A stretch of 64,000 nucleotides of DNA from Vicugna vicugna (taxonomy: Eukaryota), in assembly GCA_013265495.1 (NCBI GenBank), contig MU061538.1, forward strand, positions 994,001 through 1,058,000, given 5' to 3'. This document shows positions 39,452-50,291 of this stretch, piece by piece. Each line of letters starts with the position of its first letter. Position 1 is the stretch's first letter. A program made the position numbers and the translations under genes. Under the pieces are notes generated by a model, which saw only the letters and a list, made by a program, of their open reading frames with translations, made no database searches and had not been told where the DNA came from.

Positions 39452-39775
39452 CCGGCTCTGGTCCTGGAACTCGCCGCCCGCCCGGCTGGCTTTGGCCTGG
39501 GTCTCGGCGATCAGCTCCTTGAGTGACAAAGCATCATCTTTTCTCAATGAAAAGCCCACGTGCTTCAGCATTAACAGGATCAGCTCGATGTCTTTCTCTG
39601 TGAAAGTTCCCACAAGTTTTCTCAAGATGTCGAAGATGAGGAGAGACTGTACCACGCGGAAGTTGTACAAATGGGCGATGACGGTGAACAGGTTGTCGCA
39701 CTCCTTCCCCTCCTGGCCGCTCGCATAGACGCTGGCAAACCGCCTCACCACGGCCTCCAGGAAGTGGGCGCCGAC
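39452..39775 (-). CDS. NOM1: NOM1 exon 4 (MIF4G domain)
   Basis: TCCAG|GTC; VGAHFLEAVVRRF...KECDNLFTVIAHLYNF...GFSLRKDDALSLKELI...QSR; donor CGG|GTACGA; 324 bp. Confidence 0.96.
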
Positions 39776-41852
39776 CTGGACAAAGGAAACAGAACATCGT
39801 CGCAAACGTGTAACAACCAAATGTTAGCAACTTAGCTACAGGGACTCTCCTTTCTCTTTCAACTTAAATGTGCACTGAAAGAATCGGGACTTCTTAGGTT
39901 AGCGCATAGAACACACACGTGGTAAGACACAGACTCCAACAGGGCGCGAACTCTACAGAGAGCAGCCTGAGGGCACAGGCCTCCCAGGAGGGCACGGAAC
40001 AGGACAGGACATGCAGCAGGTGCCCAGGCGCACGACCCTCGCTCTAAGTGCACGCTGGTCCTGACAGTCGATACGCGGGCATGTTTCGGTCAGCGGCCAT
40101 TCTGGATCCTTGGAAAAAGAAAGTTGTTGAAAACACTAAGAATGCAACTCTCTCTCTAAAAGTGTGCTGCTCTCCAAGCACACTTGCTTCTGAAGCTGCA
40201 GCGGGACTGGAGGGGGACGGCGGGAGCAGGGACATGGTGGTGCCCGAGTGGCATCCACACTGCAGTGGAGAAACGATGACCTGGATCAGTCCAGCCGTGC
40301 GGGCCCTGGGCAGGAAGACCGGGCTGAGAGGGACTGGGGCCACAGCCAGAGGGTGTGGCCAGTCACTGGACAGGAGAGGTTAGACACCTGGATCACAGGT
40401 AGATGACGGAGCTCCTGACTGCGGCAGGGAACCCGTGAGGGGAGCAGGGAAGCGGCCGCTGCGCAGGCTCATCTGAAGACCGAGCAGCTGGAGCCGTGGG
40501 CACGGCTGGCTGGGCGAGCGGCTGAGATCATGGTGAAAGCGAGACCCAGCGGGCAGGTGAGAGCAGCGGGAAGACGCGCACACCACTGCCACGCTGCCAC
40601 AAGTAAATGCGAGAAGAATCCAGAGGAAGGCACCTGCCCAGCAGGAGGGACAGTGACCTGGCGGAGGCAGCTCTGCCAGACTGGACACAGTCCTGAGTCT
40701 CTAAGGACCTCAGACTTATAAAAAAATTTAACCTGTAAACGTCCAATTCAAGCCCCTTCCCTAAAAATAACCGTGCAGAACACACTCCCTCATCATGACC
40801 GCTGTATTATACTCAAACACAACCTGAAACAGAAAAGAGAGCGGGGCTAATTCAGCATTTGCCTGACCCGTCCTGCGGGCCGTTGTGGAGGCTACACTGG
40901 GGGCCGGGCGTGCAGGGACGCCAGGATGCCGGCCTGTTCCTGGGGGAGGGCTGTCACAGGGCCAAGGCACTAAAGACCACCAACCAGACAGACTGCACCA
41001 CGCAGAGGTCCAAGGGGACCGACACGTGCTCCTCCTGAGTTTAAATGTCATCGAGGAAACGAAGCCCCGCTCATCTGCTCACCAACTCACCGACCAGAAT
41101 ACCGCCTCCCGTCACCAGACCGACCGCCCTCAGCGACCCCGGCACCTGCTACACTGGGGGACTGGACACCGGCTGGGAAGGTCAGGACCCCACCAGGAGG
41201 TGACAAAAGGACTGGGAAGAGGGGGTGACCGTGGAACCAGCATCGTCACCGTGGGGCCTCCCTGGGCCAACACAAGGGTCACTGAGCAAAGGCCCAGAAC
41301 GCCCTGTGGCGGGGCGGGGCCACCAGCCCCCAATCAGCACCTGTTCGGCACCAGGCCCCCCGGGCAGCAGGTGCCGTAAACACACTGTCCATCTCATCCT
41401 GACAAAGGCCCCACTTCGCAGATGCAGGCACCGACAGGTCTGTGGCCCACCTGGGGGGTGGGGGGGCCAGGCTCCAGGCCTAGGCTCTGTCACGCGTCTT
41501 CTCACTTAACGCCCAGTTTGACCTCACACTCTGATGGCCTCCATTCTTATGAAGAGACAGTCTCCTGCCCAAAGCGAACACCACACAGACCACTGTGCTC
41601 TGGACAACCGACAGTGTCACAGGGGGATACCGGGTACACAAAAGCAAGTCCGAACTGTCAGTCCAGAGGGGCGGAAACTAACAGACCATGAGGACACGTC
41701 TGAATGGACCGAGCACATAGCCAAAGCCAAAGACATCACTCACGTACTGAGTGTGGTTTAGAATGTTCGGCGCAGACAGCGTGGCACTGAGCCTCACCGG
41801 CCAATCATTAAACAGGCAGCGTTTAGACAGCAGCCCGGAGAGGCGGCCCCAC

Positions 41853-42048
41853 CTCGATTCCAACCGTGCAGTGAAGGATGCTGACCAGGAGGACGTGCTC
41901 CATCACCAGCCTGCTGGGCATGGCCGCATCCGGCGCGCAGGCACTCAGGAGGACGCCTGTCAGAGTGTCGCTCACGTCTTTCCGGCTGTGGGCCATGTAC
42001 AGCTCCTCCAGCTGCCCGCTTATCGAGGCTAAGTTTGGCTCGCTCAAC
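41853..42048 (-). CDS. NOM1: NOM1 exon 3 (MIF4G domain)
   Basis: CGCAG|G; LSEPNLASISGQLEELYMAHSRKD...ILHCTVGIE; donor GAG|GTGGGG; 196 bp. Confidence 0.95.
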
Positions 42049-42734
42049 CTGCGGGCATGGGGCAGACAGAGCAACAGTGGGGTCTCAAGTGAGGAATTAT
42101 TCTTCAGGTCAATTTTAAAAAACCGCAGTTATCACTGCTACTAAGAAATCCTATTTGACGTACACATCTGCCCCAGGAACAATCCTTATCTCGCCTCAGT
42201 GACCCACAGCTATGAACACAGCACAGACTTCTCTGGAACCTTTGAGTAATATCACTACTGTTACTCTTCACTTCCAGCTGAAACGTGGCCACAGTAACGC
42301 ACATGCAGCCCACAGAGCCCGTGATGAGGACTCGCCACCGATGTCCTGACCTGAGGTCCCCAGGCAGGGGCAGCAAACCATCCTCAGCACATTGGTAGGT
42401 ACTGTTGGGAAAAATCCCAACCGTACAGCCTTTTTGTTGGCTTAAGACTTTATTTCCTAACATGGAGAAAAGACTGCTCTGCTCACTGGGTGGGGACGGG
42501 AAGGACGTATCCAAACAGGGAGACACGCACTGCGCCTGTGCTGACACTGAACATCAAATGGCTCGTCCGCTCAAATCCCAGGATGCACCGTGGAAAGTGG
42601 TTGTTTTTTAATTAAAAAGAAATTAAAAAACAAAACAAAAAACGCAGGCTTTGGTTTAATTCCCGGAATAGTCCCTCTGTTTCTAGAAAACAGACGATCT
42701 CTGGAAGTGACACAATGAACTGCTTCCAGGTTAC

Positions 42735-42859
42735 CTGTTAATCAGACCTTTGACCTGTTTCTTCAGCCTTTCCAGCTCTTCCTTTTTCTGCGCATCCACT
42801 GTCTCCTCTGCTCGCCTCACATGAGGTGGTTTGTACTTTCCACCATTTTCACAAAGACT
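42735..42859 (-). CDS. NOM1: NOM1 exon 2
   Basis: GCAG|AGT; SLCENGGKYKPPHVRRAEETVDAQKKEELERLKKQVKGLIN(R); donor AG|GTAA; 125 bp. Confidence 0.94.
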
Positions 42860-44317
42860 CTGCTTCAAAGGGTAGAAACAAATTACAAAAAATTTACACC
42901 GAATAAATCCCACTTTCCCCCTTGCTATATTCACACTTAGACATTAAATCCCCAAGACCTGGTAGAAGCTGTCACTATTGAGCACGGCTGCTCAATGCAC
43001 ATCAGATGTCTGCTGTGCGCCTGGCCGACTGCACAAGCCCCACTCGCCTGGGCGGGGCGACGCCCTTTCAGTCAATACTGCATTTCATCATCTCACTTCT
43101 CGCAGTCCTTCAGCGCTGGCTGAACCCCTGTCACCCGCTCAACGCAGCCCTGTCCTCCACACTTCTGCCATCCTTAGTTTACAGCAGGGGCCGCAGCACA
43201 GACACCTGGATCACACGCACCACCAGTTTTGGAGGAAAAGCATTCCAAAATAATTTAAAACTGGTTAAAAACTAGTAACTAAATTTACATGATAAAGTCA
43301 AAATCCACCCACTGCTCACCATTCCCTAGATTTTCAACTTAGAGGGTCACACATCATTCACTGATCAACACTCCCTGGACACCTACACCACAAGCCTTTA
43401 GATGACAGACATCTTCAAGGCTTGATCCTTGCTGTTAAGACTTCAAGCTTAGGTGGAGAAAGCATATTTCTGTACTGGAAACTTCCTCCCGAGACAGCCA
43501 TTAGTATGTCAATTACACCTCCACGGGCTGTGACAGAGACCCAGGAAGAGTCAAAAAATGAAGATCCCAGAGAGCAACTGAGCACGTGCTCACAAAGTGC
43601 CAAGTGTAAGGCATCAGGGACAGAAACGAAAGATAGGTTGCGTACCTAAGGAGGGGGGTGGGGAGGTTCCCAGAGATGTTTGACATGAGCAGATAAACAC
43701 AGTGAGAAAATGGGGAAAGGCTTTGCAGGCAGCAGAAACAGTAACTTAGAGGCAGAATGCTGAACTAGTGAGCCGCGGAGGAGGAAGCACAAGCGACTCC
43801 ACACGGCCACCTTTAAGGTGCCTGGTGCGGGGAAGCTGGTCTAACCGGCAAGGGGCCAGCCCCAGAGGCCCCAGCTGCTCTGCTGTGGGTTCTGAACCTG
43901 ATCTTCAAGGCGAGACTTTGTCCAAGGGAGGGCTGTGGATCACTTTGTTTTAGAGGTTCACGCCCGGGGCTGAAGAGGGCAGAGGTGAGTCAGGGGTGCT
44001 GGTGTCCCTGGGATACATCACAGGGGGAACAAAGCGAGGGAGAGGGAGTCAAAGTCAGGCCTGGAGACTGAGGCAGCAAACATGAAAGAAGACGGAGCCT
44101 CAGGACAACGGTGGGAATGGCCCTTAAGTCTCTGGGATGGAAGATCTCTAGAGATGTTTTCTCCCACGTCTCTTTGTTACGGAAATTTAAATAACCCGAC
44201 TTACCCACACTCGCTCAATTGCCAAGACATCAACCGCGTCGCTTCTGCCCCAAGCTCCGCCCCCACCGTGCCTCGGGGAGGGGAAATCCCGGAGGACTTA
44301 ACTAGTTCACACGATAC

Positions 44318-45331
44318 CTGATCTGCAGCGTCAGCCTCCTCCGAGGAACTTTCACTCCTCTCCTCATCTTCCGCAAAGCGGACTCTCTTTTGCCTCCTTT
44401 TCTTCTTCGCTGTCCCTTCCGCTCCTCCGCTTTTTCGCTTTCCCTCGTCCTCGTCGTCCTCGTCGTCCTCCTCGCTCTGCGTTCCGGCTTCTGCTTCCCG
44501 CTCGTCTTCCTCTTCCACGTCCTGCGCCTCCCGTTCGTCCTCGGTGTCAGTCTCTGAATCACTTTCCGGGAGTGTCTGTCCGGCGCCCCCCTCCTCCTCC
44601 TCCTCACTGCTGCTCTCATACAAGGCACTATTTCCCCCAGACTCCAGGGCTCCCAGGATGTAGTCGAGTCCATCGCGGGCAAAGCTAAGCGGCACGGAGC
44701 TACCGTCGCCCTTCTTTCTGCGCTTGTTCAAGCCGAGGCAGCGCTCCAGCTTTCGGATCTCTCGGTCCTCCTCCTCGTTGGCCGCCAGAAGTGCGCGTTT
44801 CCGGGCAGCGGCGGCGGCTAAGGGGGCCTTGGTCCTCCTGGGGGAGCCTCTGGCCTTGGCCTGGGCTGCGGCGGCCTTGGCCGGGGCCTCAGAGGGTCGC
44901 ATCCCCTCCGGCTGCAGTGGGGCCCGACGTGGGGGCGGCCGGCCGCCCTCTCCCGCCGCCCCCGCCTCTGCCCGTGGGCCGCTCGCTCCCCCGACTCCGC
45001 CGCCCCCCGGGCCCTGCGCGGAACCGGCCGTCCGCTGGAGCCGGCGCGCCTTCTTCAGGTGCCGCTTCTCCTTCCTCAGCTCCCTGCGGCTTTTCCTCCC
45101 GCCCGGGCGCCTGCGCCCCTGAGCCCGGCGGCCCTCGCAGCCGCCGGGGGTCTCGCGCTCCGAGGTCGCCTGCACGAACTCCTCCACTGCTAGCTTTAGC
45201 CGCTTCAGAGCCCCCTCCCCGCCGCCCCCAGGCCTGCGGCGCGGTCCGCGCCCGGCTCCGCGCTTCCCGCGGGCCGTGAGTCCCCGGCAGCCATCCCGCG
45301 CCAACGCGCCCGGGCTTGTGGACGCCGCCAT
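44318..45331 (-). CDS. NOM1: NOM1 exon 1 (basic/acidic nucleolar N-terminus, PP1-binding RVxF motif)
   Basis: AAGATGGCGG start; MAASTSPG...ALKRLKLAVEEFV...RKRALLAANEEEDREIRKLERCLGLNKR...FARDGLDYILG...KRVRF; donor CAG|GTATCG. The 11 exons sum to 2610 nt = 869 aa + stop. Confidence 0.93.
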
Positions 45332-45450
45332 CTTCCGGGACGCTCTGACGCCCGACTTCCGGCCGGGGAGCGACTTCCTGGTGGAGAGCGGCACGCTACG
45401 CGTGACGGGGCGGGGCGGGGGCCCCCTGCTGGCGGGAGGGCGGCAGCGCA
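45320..45450 (-). promoter_or_regulatory. NOM1: NOM1 CpG-island promoter (YY1, ETS/GABP, GC boxes)
   Basis: YY1-type GCCGCCATCTT over the ATG, CCGGAAG ETS sites on the minus strand at ~45333 and ~45357, GGGGCGGGGCGGGG at ~45407-45420. Confidence 0.65.
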
Positions 45451-45554
45451 GGAGCCGCCGGATAGTGAAGGGTGCTTCCTCTGAGACTTGGAAACTTCTG
45501 AAAACTGACTTCCCGATGAGCACAAACACGTTCTCGTTTACAGTGGAAACCTCA

Positions 45555-45666
45555 GGGGAGGGTGTAGCTCAGTGTACAGTGTGTGCCTCGCAGGCGCGAG
45601 GTCCTGGGTTCAGTCCCCAGTATCTCCAGTAAAATAAACAAATAAACCTAATCCTCCCAAATAAAA
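45555..45666 (+). mobile_element. tRNA-derived SINE (Vic-1-like) in the NOM1 promoter region
   Basis: GGGGAGGGTGTAGCTCAGTG...GAGGTCCTGGGTTCAGTCCCCAG plus A-rich tail; imperfect TSD TGGAAACCTCA / TGAAAACCTTA. Confidence 0.85.
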
Positions 45667-45987
45667 TGAAAACCTTACAGCTGATGGTAAAGAAGGCTCT
45701 CAGCGACGCGCCACAGAAGTAACTGCACTTGGGAAAATGCAAAAAACAAACAAAAAAACAACTGAAGGAACAGAAACAGAAGTAGCTGCACTTGGGGAAC
45801 GGGTGGGCCTCTCAGGACGCGTGTGCGCTTGCAACCCCACGGACACGCCGCGCGCGCGCGCCGGACGCGGGAAGTTTCCTCCTGCTTTCTGTCCTGGAAC
45901 TTGCCTTTTTCACTCAGCCTCGGCCTCAGGGGCTGCGGGGATTTCCTGGGAGGGGGGTCCGTGGTTACTGCTCTAGTGACAGACACC

Positions 45988-46375
45988 TACTGGGGTGAAC
46001 TGGTGCCCCCAGAATTCGTGTTCCTGGAATTCGTGAGCGTGACCCCGCTTGGAGGCAGGGCCTTTGCAGATGCACTCAAGTTAGGAGGAGGCCCTCAATC
46101 CAATGACGGGCGCTCTTAAAAGAGGGACGTCTGGGCGCGCACCTCACACGCAGAGACGGCCACGCCGCGGGCCGGAGGCGGCAGCGCTGGGAGAGGCTCC
46201 CCCAGCCGAGGGCTCCGGGGATTGCGGGCGACGCCAGGAGCTGGAAGCGGCCCGGAGCCGACCCTCTCTTGCAGCCGCAGGAGGAACCAACAGCTCGATC
46301 TCCGGCTCCCGGCCGCAGGACTGAGGCTGCACATGTGGAGCCGTTGGTGGGTAGCTTGTACTGGGCAGCTAGCCC
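45988..46375 (+). mobile_element. MLT1-type (MaLR) LTR, GC-shifted
   Basis: GGGCCTTTGCAGATGCACTCAAGTTAGG, CCCTCAATCCAATGAC..CTCTTAAAAGAGG and CCAGGAGCTGGAAG resemble MLT1 consensus blocks in the expected order. Confidence 0.6.
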
Positions 46376-47263
46376 GGCAGGTGGGCAGACGGGAGGCAGG
46401 AGCAAGCAGGGCCCAGGGCTTGCCCATGAGGAGCGAAGGGGAACTCCAGGAGGACGAGCGACGGCGGAGCGCAGGTTCCACACGCAGCGCGCTCAGCAGC
46501 AAGGCTCCGGGGCGCCGGCCCCGACCCGCCGCGGGCCGGCCGCGTGACTCGGCTTCTCCGGCTGCAGAGCGGGGTGACCGGAGGGCCCATCCCGCAGGGC
46601 CGTCACACCGTTCGTGAGGGTTTAAAAGAGGACGTCTTTCTTCTGTGTCACATCGGAACCCTCGCCACGGTGGCTCTGCCCGGTCCCTGTCTGACCCTCT
46701 TTGTCGCCTGCACTTTGGGGCCGTGGGCTCCTCAGGTGTCTGCCTGCGCATTAACCGCTCCGTCTGGGGATGGAGTCCCAGCGGCGGGGATGTGAGCCCA
46801 GGGCTCCGGGCATCGCCTGCCTCCCCAGACCAGCGTCCCCGCGATTTCTGGAGCAGAGTGTCGGAGGAGGAAGGGTCTCCCGGCCGCAGCCCCCAGGTCT
46901 GGGGGTGAGGAGCACAAGGAAGGGGTGCGAGGAGGGGCAGGGGCCCAGCCCTGCCTTCCTGCGCGCCTCCTCCCGAGCCTCGCCCCTGATGTGGCCGGTT
47001 CGCCGGGAGGGAGCGGGATGAGCCGCCAGGCGGGCGCAGGCTCTGAGGCTGCTCTTCCTCACCCTCACCGGCCTCCGCCTCCGGCTGCGCTTCCCCGGCT
47101 CCCTCTGCACCTCCCCGTCTCCCCAGGGTCTCTTGTCTGTCGTGAACCCTGCAGCCGGCCTGTCCTGTCAGTACTTTCTCTGGCACTAACTGGGGGTAGG
47201 GAGCTGGTCACCCTTGCTACTACCCCGTTTTAACAGGAAGAAAGGACTTAAATTCACTCATTC

Positions 47264-47978
47264 ATTGTAAATTGGTGCAACCACTATGGAGGAGAGTATG
47301 GAGCTTCCTTAAAAGACTAAACATAGACTTACCATATGACCCAGGAACCCCACTCCTGGGCTTATACCTGGAGAAAACTGTAATTCGAAAAGACACCTGC
47401 ACCCCACCGTTCATAGCCTCACTATTCACAGCAGCGAAGACATGGAAGCAGCCTAAATGTCCATCAACAGATGCCTGGATGAAGAAGCTGTGGTATATTT
47501 TTGTACAATGGGATACTACTCAGCCATAAAAAAGAATAAAATCATGCCATTTGCAGCAACATGGATGGACCTGGAGGTCATCATTCTAAGTGAACTAAGT
47601 CAGACAGGGAAAGATAAATATCATATGATATCACTTCTATCTAAAATATAAAGAAATATACAAATTTTATCTACAAACCAGAAATAGACTTATGGACATA
47701 GAGAACAAACTGTGGTTGCCAAAGGGGAAAGGGGAGGAGAATAAATTAGGAGTTTGGGATTAGCAGATGCACACTACTGTATGTAAAATAGATAAACAAC
47801 GGGGACCTACTGGACAGCACATGGAGCTATATTCAATTTCTTGTCATAGCCTATAATGGCAAAGCACCTGAAAAATATGTATGTATATAACTGAACTGCT
47901 TTACTGTCCATTTGAAACTAACATTGTAAATCAACTACACTTCAAAAAATAAAAAACAATATTCAAGAAAAAAGAAAA
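47264..47978 (+). mobile_element. 5'-truncated LINE-1 (ORF2 C-terminal remnant, 3' UTR, A tail)
   Basis: Translates as VQPLWRRVWSFLKRLNIDLPYDP...AKTWKQPKCPS and YYSAIKKNKIMPFAATWMDLE; TSD AAATTCACTCATTC at 47250-47263 and 47979-47992. Confidence 0.93.
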
Positions 47979-48844
47979 AAATTCACTCATTCGGGCTCAG
48001 GGCTCTGGCCCACAGCAGCCGGTCGGCGTGTGTCTTTTGAGAACCCTGTGCACCTGCTCTGGCCTGAGACCTGGCTTGCTCAGGGCCAAGCTTTCTTTGC
48101 TCTTGAAGCCATGATTTTCAAGGCTGTCGGGGGTTGATGTGGGCAAATCTCAGGGGTGTTTTTCTTTTTATTTTGTTATTTCCTTTTTTATTTTGGGGGT
48201 GTTTTTTTCAACCCCAGGATCCTCATATGAAGGAAGTCTTTGCAGCGGTCCTGGCTGCTTCACAGCTGGCAGAGCTGTGGCTCTCGGGGCGGAGCCCGCC
48301 CCGCCACAGGCCTCTGGGTGGTGGAGAGCTAGTTCGTGTCCCTGGTCCTGACGGAAAGGGCTGGCGGGGGCTGAACAGGCGGCTTTAGCATCTGGTTGCA
48401 AACGTGACACAGTCCATTAATGCCACAGGCTGACACGCATGCAGCAGAGGGCCCTTGGCAAGTAGTAGGGCCGGAGTGCCGGCGTGCGAGTGTGTACGTG
48501 TGAGTGTGTGTGTGGTGGGCCTGGAGAAGTGGGCAGAGGCCAGGCGGGGAAGGTCCGGCGCATTTGGTTTTTATTCTGGAAACGGTGGGAAGCTAGTGCG
48601 CTGTTTTGGGTGGAGACAGGGGTGGGAGACCCAGATGGAGCTGCACTTTGAAAAGATGGCCCGGCTGCTTGCAGGACTGGCTGCGGTGGGTCAGAATTAA
48701 TGGGCAGACAGAGGCTGTTGCATCAGACACTTGTCCCCCAGCCTGGAAAAAATTGCTGGTTGCTGACAGCTCTTTAAAATAATAGCATGAATGATCTGTT
48801 AAGAGTAATATGATATACAATTTAAAGTGTAGCCTTTAACTCAG

Positions 48845-49177
48845 TGTCTTAGTCCGTCCAGGCTACCATGCCAGGACAGCACACACATTTCCCACAGCTC
48901 TGCATGCGGGATGTCTGAGATCGAGGTGCCAGCAGGTTCAGTGTCTGGTGGGGACCCGCCTTCTGGCTCATGGACAGCCGTCTTCTGGCTGCACCCACAC
49001 GTGGGGGAGGGGTGGGGAGCCCTCTGGGGTCCTATTTTAAGGGTCCTGCTCTCATCATCAGCCCTCCACCCCGTGACCTAATCACCTCCCAAAGACCCCA
49101 CCTCCCAACACCATCACTTTGGGGGTTAGGATTCAACACATGAATTTTGGGGAAACACAAACATTCAGATCATAACA
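48845..49177 (+). mobile_element. MLT1A-like MaLR solo LTR
   Basis: TGTCTTAGTCC...GACCTAATCACCTCCCAAAGACCCCACCTCCCAACACCATCAC...CATTCAGATCATAACA; flanks CTCAG / CTCTG. Confidence 0.85.
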
Positions 49178-49650
49178 CTCTGGGTTCACAAACTTTTTTG
49201 GGGTTTCAATGCATTCATTTACTGATTATTTTAAAATATTCTTTTTTCTGATATAACAGTAATTTATGCATACTATAAAACCCTGAAATATCGTAGTTAT
49301 GTGGGTAATGTAGAAAGATGAAGTCCATCTCAAGCCCTTGCTTCCAGAAATACATTTCCTTCCAGATATTTAACGCATATGCATGGGAGCACACACACGG
49401 GTTAAGAAACTTTGATATTGTAATGATTGTTTTACCAAATCATATTCTCACCTTTATGTAAACACATAAGAAATGTATAATCAAAACCAATGCTTTCTAT
49501 ATTTGACTTTATACTGCTCCTTCAAAGCAAAATGTCCAAAAGCACAAAAGACTGAACTCCAGTACTGGTCTCCACCTCATCTACAGAACTTCGCTCAGCT
49601 GCCGTGCAGCTGCCGTGCCAGCAGGAATCTGCTACGGACCGTCTCCTCGC

Positions 49651-50291
49651 TGTGAAAAGCAGAGACATGCTTTGCTCGCTTTGCCTTTAGCTCAAGGTCA
49701 TAGATTTAGGGCTGCTTGTGCTCATGGAAAACCATAGCTCGTCCCTCACCCTAACCGGCAGGATGTGCTTCGCTTACCAGGCGCAGGTGGACGGTGTGGG
49801 CCGCTCCTGCTCGCAGAAGACTGTGGCTGAGCCCTCAGCTGGGGACGGCGGGGCTGCTTTGCCTGCAGAGACAATTTCTGACCATAGTGTGGAGACTCTG
49901 TGGTGGTCTGGGTTTTCATCATCAATTGTTTGGAACACTGTAACCTTGCTCATGTTGTTTGAGGTTTACAATAACCACTTGTACTATCAATATTGTAACC
50001 TTCTCCCTAAGTATAAATTAAGATTAGAATGTTTGTTTTTCACGAGCTGAAGCTGCTGGCCTGCATCCCTGCACGTGCACCACGCCCCTTACTCACTCCT
50101 ACGACGCATTTCACTTTGACTCTTGGCTTGACTCTTCTCAATAAATACAAGAGCTTTGGAGGCGCTCGGGGAGTCGGTCTCCGGCTCCCTCTCGCTCTCT
50201 TGACTCAGTAAAGTCTTGAGTGATCTCGTTCTTCCGCGGTGGGACTTTGCCGGACAAGACCCACGACGACCAGAACCCACACACCTGTTAA
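49651..50291 (+). mobile_element. Probable ERV solo LTR (family not recognised)
   Basis: Begins TGTGA; 5-bp direct repeats CTCGC at 49646-49650 and 50292-50296; TATA-like ATAAATA ~50141 and AGTAAA at 50207-50212; ends TAA rather than CA. Confidence 0.55.

Noticed and set aside
45332..45529. N-terminal extension of NOM1 in the 442-aa ORF
   Set aside because: Begins at a non-ATG codon and runs through promoter motifs; the first ATG (45331) matches the expected MAAS start.
46116..47186. 356-aa minus-strand ORF
   Set aside because: Low-complexity CpG-island translation overlapping an MLT1 remnant; no domain or splice support.
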